DNA of 64,000 nt from Flectonema sp. DT1601 (lineage: Eukaryota), in the NCBI GenBank assembly GCA_964019425.1, contig OZ025780.1, positions 248,001-312,000 on the forward strand. The letters run 5' to 3'. Within the stretch, counting starts at the first letter, position 1. The number at the start of each line of letters is the position of its first letter. The notes below the pieces were generated by a model. The model did no database searches. It saw only the letters and a list, made by a program, of their open reading frames with translations, and had not been told where the DNA came from. Both the position numbers and the translations under genes were made by a program. Below are positions 55,333-64,000 of the stretch, piece after piece.

Positions 55333-56175
55333 CTACTCTTCCGGGGTTCTGCGACGTCTTCGATCTTCTCCACGATCGCCACTTCCGTCACGTCTGCGGC
55401 GGCGTTTTTCTTTTTTTTCCCGACGTCTATCTCTCGAGTGTTCTGAATCACTGCTGTCACCTCTTCTACGACGACTTCTAGTTGTTCTTCTTTCGAGGTA
55501 TTGTTGTTGTTGCTGCTGAAGAAGTTGCGCGTAAACTGAATCACCTCCTGCTCCGTCTTGTTTATGCACTGGCATTGCCCCGCTTCCCTTTGCCAACCCA
55601 ATCTTCAACGACTTCCCATTTAACTCTTGTCCGTTAAGCTGCAGGGCTCTGTTCTGGTCTTCTGGTGTCTGGAAATCAACAAATCCATACTTGTGTTCCC
55701 CAGAGTCAGGACCACAGATAGCCGCGTGCGTAACATTACCAGCAGATGCGAAAAAGTTTCTCAACTGTTCCAAAGTAGTATTTATAGAAAGATTGCCAAC
55801 ATACACTCCGGGTGCTTTTGCTGGGGCAGGTGCGCCAGGTACTGGCATGGCAGGAGTTGTGGTTGCTGGGTGCTCTGGAGCTCCATATCCGTGAGGAGGC
55901 GGCGGCGGGGCGCCATAACTGTGTGGAGGAGGGGCTCCATAAGGTGAAGCACCGTATCCATGTGAAGGAGGCGGATGATGATGGTGGTGTTGGTGGTGGT
56001 GATGGTGCTGATGATGGTGGTGGTGATGATGATGATGATGACTATGTAGTGCCTGTGGTACATGTGCTTGATGATGGGCATACCCATCTGCAGGTGGATA
56101 CCCATGCTGCGGTGGATGCGCTGGATGACCACCTACAGGCGGATATGCACCAGGTGGAGTGCCTCCCGGATTCAT
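55333..56175 (-). CDS. RRM RNA-binding protein with Pro/His-rich N-terminus and RS-like tail
   Basis: RNP2 VYVGNL, RNP1 KYGFVDF, ALQLNGQELNGKSLKI; poly-His, poly-Gln and Arg-rich C-terminus. Confidence 0.9.
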   Translation of the reverse strand: MNPGGTPPGAYPPVGGHPAHPPQHGYPPADGYAHHQAHVPQALHSHHHHHHHHHHQHHHHHQHHHHHPPPSHGYGASPYGAPPPHSYGAPPPPPHGYGAPEHPATTTPAMPVPGAPAPAKAPGVYVGNLSINTTLEQLRNFFASAGNVTHAAICGPDSGEHKYGFVDFQTPEDQNRALQLNGQELNGKSLKIGLAKGSGAMPVHKQDGAGGDSVYAQLLQQQQQQYLERRTTRSRRRRGDSSDSEHSRDRRREKKEKRRRRRDGSGDRGEDRRRRRTPEE

Positions 56176-56661
56176 TTTATTTTATTTGAACCTTTCAAAT
56201 TAATACATTAATCACTATAAAAAAATTACCTACTCGCTCCTCCACCACCGCATCCCAATTCCATTATTTCACTACAAAGCTCTGAAGAACAATAATAGTA
56301 AATGACTGGGTACTACCAAATTTCCCAAAGAAACTTTAATAAGCGAAAAGAACTTGAGAGGAATTACAAATACCGCTCTGAACACCACTTTTAAGGCAGC
56401 AAGTGCGAAACCCCCGGGTGAGTCAGAGGAACGTATCAGAAGCAACGTAACCATTCGTTTGCGCGAGTTGTCTGCACTTTGCACGAATGGTCGCGAAGTC
56501 ATTCCGATTACGAATGAAGAAACAGAAGTTGTAATGTGTCTTAGAATAGAATGCAAAAGTTTTAACATTTAAGAGTCAGAAGTTTTGTCAGCAGAACATT
56601 TCATTTTTTGTTCTTTGAGAGAGACATATAGAGGAAGAGAATTAACAAAAGAAAGAGCCAG

Positions 56662-58857
56662 CTAGTTGCTATTCTTTGCTTCGGCTTCAACGGCATCCCA
56701 CCAGGCCTGTGGTTCCAGACAGCTGGTGGGTGGGCCGTCGTACTGCATGGCGGAAGTGAAGAGTCTCGCGGTGGCGAGGTACGGGTCGATGTTGGAAGCA
56801 GGACGGCGATCTTCAAAGTATCCTTTTCCGTCACGCGCTACGTCATTCCCAATGCGAAGGGAAGTGTGTCGGGTGCCAATTCCGTGTGTAAATTCCGACA
56901 GTTTCGACGTTTCGTGTGCTCCCGTCATTCTTTGGTTGTTGTCACCTCCGTAAAACTTGATATCATCCAAGAAGGTGCCAGCCATGTTCTCACATGCTCG
57001 TTTGATAGCATCCAGTCCACCGCTGACCCGCATAGCCTTCGTGCTGAAGTTCATATGGCAACCAGACCCGTTCCAGTCTCCCTTAATCGGCTTCGGGTCA
57101 TAGCAGATGTCCAGTCCGTACTTCTCAGCTATCTTCGCGTACACCCATCGTGACATGATCATGTGGTCGCCTTGTTCAATTCCAATGCAAGGACCCACTT
57201 GGTACTCCCACTGGCTGGGTGCCACTTCAGCGTTTACACCTGACAGCTTCAGACCCATCTTTAGACACGACTGATAGTGTTCCATCACTACTTCTCTACC
57301 ACATACTTGTGAACCGTTACCACAGTAGTAATCTCCTTGAGGACTTGGGAATCCGTTCTCAGGCCACATGAATGGCTTTCCGTTCTTGAAGATGAAGTAC
57401 TCTTGTTCCAATCCAAACATCGGTTCATCATCAGGGTGAGCGTCGAAGAACTCTTTCGCAATCTTACGTGTGTTGTTCTTCTCCGGAGACCCGTCTGGGT
57501 AAAAGCATTCATTCAGTATAACCTGTTAGTTATTTTATTGAGATTTTTCCTTTCGAAACCCACCAATCCCATTCAGAAATAGGACATTATAATTAGAGGG
57601 GATGATGACAAAGATTTTTAATTTGATGGAAATAATGTCAGCGAGAGTACTCTTAAAGGGACTCACAAGATCTATCTCTAATCATTATTAAACCTGACTT
57701 ATTTTACCCTTGAAGAATAACTGCACAACACTTATTTATCTCCGATTTCAATGCCATTGAACACAAGAGTACAGGCTGCAGTTGTTACGTACGAATCCCG
57801 ACACAGAAAGATCCCCGACGCATATGAAGTGGCAGGTTAGATAATATTTGGCATCCCTGGTGGCCCGCAGGGCGATTCAATTTTTTTGATTAATTCTGAT
57901 TTAAACTTTTTTGAAAGCTTTGTGTGGAATTAGAGGTTTCCCTTTTCCCTTTTTTTTTTCTTTTTCTCTTCATTTTGTAGACCCAGGTTCGATTCCCCAC
58001 GATATCACTTTTTCGGACGACCAAAAATTTGTGTTTTTCAAGTTACAAAAAACCCTGTTACTCAGGTGCTTTGTATTCGTGTTACTTCACTAGATATTAT
58101 CCACTCGACGTTGTCGTTGGTTTCCTTTAGCGTGGGACCTTCGCGCGCTGGAGAAAACCAACCGTGATGTAAGTAAACTGTGTACACGACGCGCCATCAC
58201 CTAATTTTTCATACTCAGTTAGCAGCATCCAGAGATCTTTTCCCCGGCCAAAAATAATCATACTAGACTCTCCAAAGATTTTATTGAGTAGCAAAAACAA
58301 GCCCACAAATTAACGAAACTGATAAACTAACTATCACAGGGTCCTGCTGCAACCAAAAGACTGCAGTCAACTACAAACGCTGGTTCAATTCAACGGACAA
58401 AACTAAAATAAGAAATTGGTGGTTCGTCAAGAGGTTAGGAACCATCCAACTCCGCAGATTGCGAAGCGTGTCTCCACCATCACCATTCAAGTGACTGGTG
58501 ATGGTAGATTCTTCTTACGGAACTGAGCAGAAGACTCAGAACATAAAAACACTCAAAACAACGAAGTGGACTGAGGTATGAAATTAGAACCTTTTGAAAA
58601 GATAATAATGAAAGACGACATACCTTAGCGTTATTAATAAAAGGATGATTGTACATAGCCACGGGATGAATAACAATTTCAGTATTCTTACCTCTGTGTT
58701 GCCCTGTAGAAGATCCATCAAAGTTCCACACAGGCATGTCTTCTAAAGTTACTTTATCAAAACTGACATTCGTCACGGTCTTGTATTTTGATCGGAGGTC
58801 ACTGAAGGTGTCTTTTCCACTGATCCAGACGTACTCTGCAATCCATGGTGCTGACAT
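56662..58857 (-). CDS. GLUL: Glutamine synthetase type II, copy A; exons 58857-58624 and 57522-56662, 1101-bp intron
   Basis: AEYVWI, LRSK, WNFDGSSTGQ; phase-0 intron GTATGT...ACTAACAG; FGLEQEY, NAEVAPSQWEYQVGP, DPKPI.GDWNGSGCH.NFST, R.TG.HET, YFEDRRPASN.DPY. Confidence 0.95.
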
Positions 58858-59450
58858 GTTAAAAGGTTTTGTAGGAGTAGAAAATATCCTGTTGGAGAGG
58901 TTAGAGATTTAATTATTACACAGAGCAGACCAGCCAGTTGTTTATTAACTTGTCGAGGTCAGTGAATCCAGATGGAGGTACCCAGTCACTGTTCCGCAAC
59001 CATGAGACTCTCAGAGGCGAGATATGTGTAGTTTTTTTTGAATTACCTAAACGAAATAGAACTTCTTAAAAAAACAGGATCACCCTAGTAACAAAACCTT
59101 CCTTTTAATAATAAGCGAAAAGAACTTGAGAGGAATTACAAATACCGCTCTGAACACCACTTTTAAGGCAGCAAGTGTATCAATTCAGATACTGCGAAAC
59201 CCCCGGGTGAGTCAGAGGAACATATCAGAAGCAACGTAACCATTCGTTTGCGCGAGTTGTCTGCACTTTGCACGAATGGTCGCGAAGTCATTCCGATTAC
59301 GAATGAAGAAACAGAAGTTGTAATGTGTCTTAGAATAGAATGCAAAAGTTTTAACATTTAAGAGTCAGAAGTTTTGTCAGCAGAACATTTCATTTTTTGT
59401 TCTTTGAGAGAGATATATAGAGGAAGAGAATTAACAAAAGAAAGAGCCAG

Positions 59451-61295
59451 TTAGTTGCTATTCTTTGCTTCGGCTTCAACGGCATCCCACCAGGCCTGTG
59501 GTTCCAGACAGCTGGTGGGTGGGCCGTCGTACTGCATGGCGGAAGTGAAGAGTCTCGCGGTGGCGAGGTACGGGTCGATGTTGGAAGCAGGACGGCGATC
59601 TTCAAAGTATCCTTTTCCGTCACGCGCTACGTCATTCCCAATGCGAAGGGAAGTGTGTCGGGTGCCAATTCCGTGTGTAAATTCCGACAGTTTCGACGTT
59701 TCGTGTGCTCCCGTCATTCTTTGGTTGTTGTCACCTCCGTAAAACTTGATATCATCCAAGAAGGTGCCAGCCATGTTCTCACATGCTCGTTTGATAGCAT
59801 CCAGTCCACCGCTGACCCGCATAGCCTTCGTGCTGAAGTTCATATGGCAACCAGACCCGTTCCAGTCTCCCTTAATCGGCTTCGGGTCATAGCAGATGTC
59901 CAGTCCGTACTTCTCAGCTATCTTCGCGTACACCCATCGTGACATGATCATGTGGTCGCCTTGTTCAATTCCAATGCAAGGACCCACTTGGTACTCCCAC
60001 TGGCTGGGTGCCACTTCAGCGTTTACACCTGACAGCTTCAGACCCATCTTTAGACACGACTGATAGTGTTCCATCACTACTTCTCTACCACATACTTGTG
60101 AACCGTTACCACAGTAGTAATCTCCTTGAGGACTTGGGAATCCGTTCTCAGGCCACATGAATGGCTTTCCGTTCTTGAAGATGAAGTACTCTTGTTCCAA
60201 TCCAAACATCGGTTCATCATCAGGGTGAGCGTCGAAGAACTCTTTCGCAATCTTACGTGTGTTGTTCTTCTCCGGAGACCCGTCTGGGTAAAAGCATTCA
60301 TTCAGTATAACCTGTTAGTTATTTTATTGAGATTTTTCCTTTCGAAACCCACCAATCCCATTCAGAAATAGGACATTATAATTAGAGGGGATGATGACAA
60401 AGATTTCAATTTTGACGAACATTCGAGTTCTCGAATGCTCTGGAGAGTAGCGAGGTGGAATCAGGAAACACATCATCGGTTTTTGCATAAACTTTGTGTT
60501 AAAATCCGTGATTTTGAAAACTTTGTGTGGAATTAAAGGTTTTCCCTATTTTTTTTTCTTTCCATTTTAGGTTCGATTCCCGGTGACATCATTTTTTCGG
60601 ACGACCAAAAAATTGTGTTTTTCAAGTTACAAAAAACCCTGTTACTCAGGTGCTTTGTACTCGTGTTACTTCATTAATCCCGACGGAATTTTAACTTGAC
60701 GTTACGTACTTGGCTAAAGAAAGCCGTGTGTGTGATGTGAGTAAATACTTACACGACACGCCATCACCTGATTTTTCATTCACAGGTCCTGCTGCAAGTA
60801 AAAGACTGCAGTCAACTACAAACGTCGGTCCAATTCAACGGACACAGTCCACTTCGTTGTTTTGAGTGTTTTTATGTTCTGAGTCTTCTGCTCAGTTCCG
60901 TAAGAAGAATCTACCATCACCAGTCACTTGAATGGTGATGGTGGAGACACGCTTCGCAATCTGGAGTTGGATGGTTCCTAACCTCTTGACGAACCACCAA
61001 TTTCTTATTTTGGTTATGAAATTAAAACCTTTTGAAAAAATAATAATGAAAGACGACATACCTTAGCGTTATTAATAAAAGGATGATTGTACATAGCCAC
61101 GGGATGAATAACAATTTCAGTATTCTTACCTCTGTGTTGCCCTGTAGAAGATCCATCAAAGTTCCACACAGGCATGTCTTCTAAAGTTACTTTATCAAAG
61201 CTGACACTCGTCACGGTCTTGTATTTTGATCGGAGGTCACTGAAGGTGTCTTTTCCACTGATCCAGACGTACTCTGCAATCCATGGTGCTGACAT
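59451..61295 (-). CDS. GLUL: Glutamine synthetase type II, copy B; exons 61295-61062 and 60311-59451, 750-bp intron
   Basis: Same motifs and intron position as copy A. The protein differs by N30S; stop TAA vs TAG. Confidence 0.95.
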
Positions 61296-62005
61296 GTTAA
61301 AAGGTTTTGTAGGAGTAGAAAATATCCTGTTGGAAAGGTTAAAGATTTAATTAACAACAGCCGAATACACGGTATTGTCATCTAATGTTTTTTAATTTGC
61401 TGTTGGAAGGGACGTAACAAAAAGTTTGAAGAAGATTACTAATTAGAATTCAGTACGTAGGTTGGTAGCGAAGAGGAGGGGCGCAATGATTAGGTGCGGG
61501 GAAATTCTTCAAGTTAAAAAAACAAAAGGGGATTTGTTTCCTATATTCGATTTGGGAATGTTGAGGTGCAGCTGTTTAACAAACATGTGTTCCTCATTTT
61601 TTTTTCTCTTCTTCTTTTTTTTTTTTTCTTGACAGGCTACTGCGCAGCAACCAATTTCGCCACACTGCTGCTCATTTGCTTATTCTGTCGTTTTCATTTG
61701 TCTTTTTTTTTTTTTTTTCCATTTTCTGTAAACGTCAGCCTTGGACTTTGACGCTGAGGAAGTCAGAATATGCAACCAACCTAAATAACGGAAGCAAAAA
61801 AAATAAAATAATAAAAAAGTAATAGAAAAATTTAAATTAAATTTAAAACGAAAATAACTTTCAACTCTCGCTTCGTTAAGAGATGTCAATGGGGTGTTTC
61901 ATGCGGTTACGTGTATGTAAGTGCGCAAAAGATGAATCGCAATAGTTTTTCACCTAAGAAATTTCAATAGAATCACGTGAGACTGCCCAAGGTTCTGGGA
62001 GAAGG

Positions 62006-62036
<31 letters not shown>

Positions 62037-64000
62037 TAGGGAAAAATGGTAGTCGTTTTTTTTTTTTTTTTTTTAAATTTTATTTGTTGCGCAATATTAG
62101 AAGAAGTAGCCACAGGGTGGAAAAAAAAAAACGATAAAAACCCCCAAGACCCAACTGTTGTTGTTCATTCAGGTGAACAACTAGTCGGATTACTCTTCTT
62201 CTTATTGTTATCGATTTTGAGGAATGTATGGGTAAAAAAAAAAAAAAAAAAAAAAGGGTCAGTAACTTTTAGCCCGAAATCGGTCGGGTCTGTAAGTTGT
62301 GCTACTTTCGAAGGAAAAAAAAAAAAAAAAAAAACTTTTAAAACCATTTAAGATCGCGAGTTAAACAACAAAGCCCAATGGGCTTCAGCTCCAGGCGAAC
62401 TAGCAGTTTTCTATTTCACAAAAAAGAAGAGAAGGCTTGCACGGTTCAATGTTCAACCTCGCACTACATTCTTCTTATCAACCAAAGTTACGTTGAGTAT
62501 AAAACAAATTAAAAAAGAAAACAAGAAAGCGGCGTCTTAGATCGTTAAAGTTGTAAGCCGTCATTTCTTTCTTCTGCTGTGTGATTCACGATTTTTCTTC
62601 TTACGTTTTTTTTTTTTGTAATCAGACTCGAGAGAAAGTGGGAAAAAAAAAAGAATAAAAAACTATAAAAAGTCAGCTATAATATACATTTTATTCCATA
62701 TGAGGAAGCGCAGTACGTCAGTACATAAAAAAAAAGGTTAAAAAAAAAAAAAAAAAAAAACTGGAAAATAGAATTTTCTTTTTCTTTGTTGGTTTTATTA
62801 TAAAAATAGCAGTTTCGCGCACCCCTTTCGAAAAGTGTCCCGTGAGGGTTCTATAAGCTCTGTATGATGCCCAACTTAACGTATTTCTAACAGCAAGCGA
62901 TAGAATGGTAATGATTAATTTAAGGAAAAGATAAGACATACATATATAGCCTGTTGTGTATTGTGGATTTTTTTTTTTTTTTTTTGTTTTGAAAAAAATT
63001 CAACAAAAAAAAAAAAAAAAAAAGTCCGAAAGAAGGAAATAGTACGCACGCTACTACTGCCTAAGTTATCGCAATTTTTTTTTAAATAATCACCAAACTA
63101 AAAATAACAAATGCTTGATTTTCAAGTGGAAGGTAGACTGAGCGATGACAAACGAACAAGTATTATATTAAAAAAAAACAACAAAAAAACAATCCCGTGA
63201 GGAAGGCCGTGGTAAAAGATACTACAAGTGTGGCATTGCACCATTTTGTGAGTTTTTTTTTTTTTCTTTTTCTTTTCTCTTCCTTTTTTTTTTTTTTTGA
63301 GCTTTCCTTCACCGCCATTCATTCATTCTCTTTCCTCGAAAAAACAATTCCTTTTGACCATGCAAAAGGAAGTTAAAAAAAAAAAAAACCGTAACAAATC
63401 GAAAAAAAAGAAAACGCTACAAAAATGTTAAAGATGACGAACGAAAAATCGTTTTTAACTTTTCTTTCGAAAGCAGTCTCTGATTTTTGTATAGTTACCA
63501 CATCAGAAGAAAAGAAACGAAAAATTCAAAAAAAATTATCAGCAATATTTTTTTTTCATCATAACAACTAAAAAGAATTATTTAAAACAAAGGTCAGACA
63601 TCAATAACAATAAAAAAAAAAAAAAAAAAAAAACAACTCGCGAGCAAACGGAAAAAGTACAATAATAGGTACAGCTGCAGCTGTCCAAGTCACCACTCCA
63701 TTAGAATTCAAAAAAAAGCAACAAACAAAATTGTCCTACTACTTTTTTAAAATAAGTAGTTACGTGACAAATAGCTGTTCTCCGTTCTCTGTCGGACGAG
63801 TCCACCAGAAAGGATTGCTTGTACTTGATTGAATTAAGTAGACAAACGTGATTGCATACCACCATCGAATCTACGAAATGCGATGCTACTTTAATATAAC
63901 TATATGCAGCAATCAACTCCAGTAATCAATAAGCAACCTTACAGCAACTCCGTCCCCGTTTCGAACGGGTCTCAAGCCAATCGCCGCAACATACCAAAAA

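Larger units (their letters stand above)
56338..61350 (-). repeat. Tandem duplication of the GS gene with flanks (about 56338-58915 and 59110-61350)
   Basis: Downstream flanks, exon 2, intron ends and exon 1 align; intron interiors differ. Confidence 0.92.

Noticed and set aside
57602..57698. Box C/D snoRNA (ATGATGA...CTGA) in the GS intron
   Set aside because: Antisense to the host gene, and the downstream part is not conserved in the paralogous intron.
1..64000. Genome-wide stop-codon reassignment
   Set aside because: TAA, TAG and TGA all end conserved genes here (e.g. cyclin L and the permease end in TGA); the only credible in-frame stop is the Sec codon.

Overview
Gene-dense, AT-rich eukaryotic nuclear DNA, most likely from a euglenozoan protist such as a diplonemid (inferred from gene content, long single-strand gene runs, CAG acceptors just upstream of ATGs and few short GT-AG introns). 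Sixteen genes run on + from <3 to 32383: a WSC/EGF protein, two RCC1-repeat receptor pseudokinases, an SLBP-like protein, AspRS, PP2A B''-like, UBL5, CDC123, a PPR protein, cyclin L, RPL14, an SDR ending in AKL, an APC permease, a cyclase-like membrane protein and two hypotheticals. Seven genes run on - from 43709 to 61295: a SelM/Sep15-like selenoprotein, a Cys-rich membrane protein, a C2/START protein, a GRF-SMARCAL1-like helicase, an RRM protein and two tandem glutamine synthetases. The two runs converge on a ~11 kb nest of decayed transposons (piggyBac inside a long-TIR MULE-like element, a second piggyBac family, TATE/DIRS-like RT remnants and a 3067-bp near-tandem duplication). The best finding is a selenoprotein the ORF track truncates (signal peptide, CMG-UGA, extra Cys-rich domain, EEEL tail) with a hand-folded non-canonical GUGA-core SECIS candidate in its 3' UTR. 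Also notable are the intron architecture (GTNTG donors, G/T-rich 5' and A/C-rich 3' ends, no polypyrimidine tract) and a ~172-bp segment inverted between the introns of the two GS paralogs. All calls are by eye; no searches or folding programs were run.
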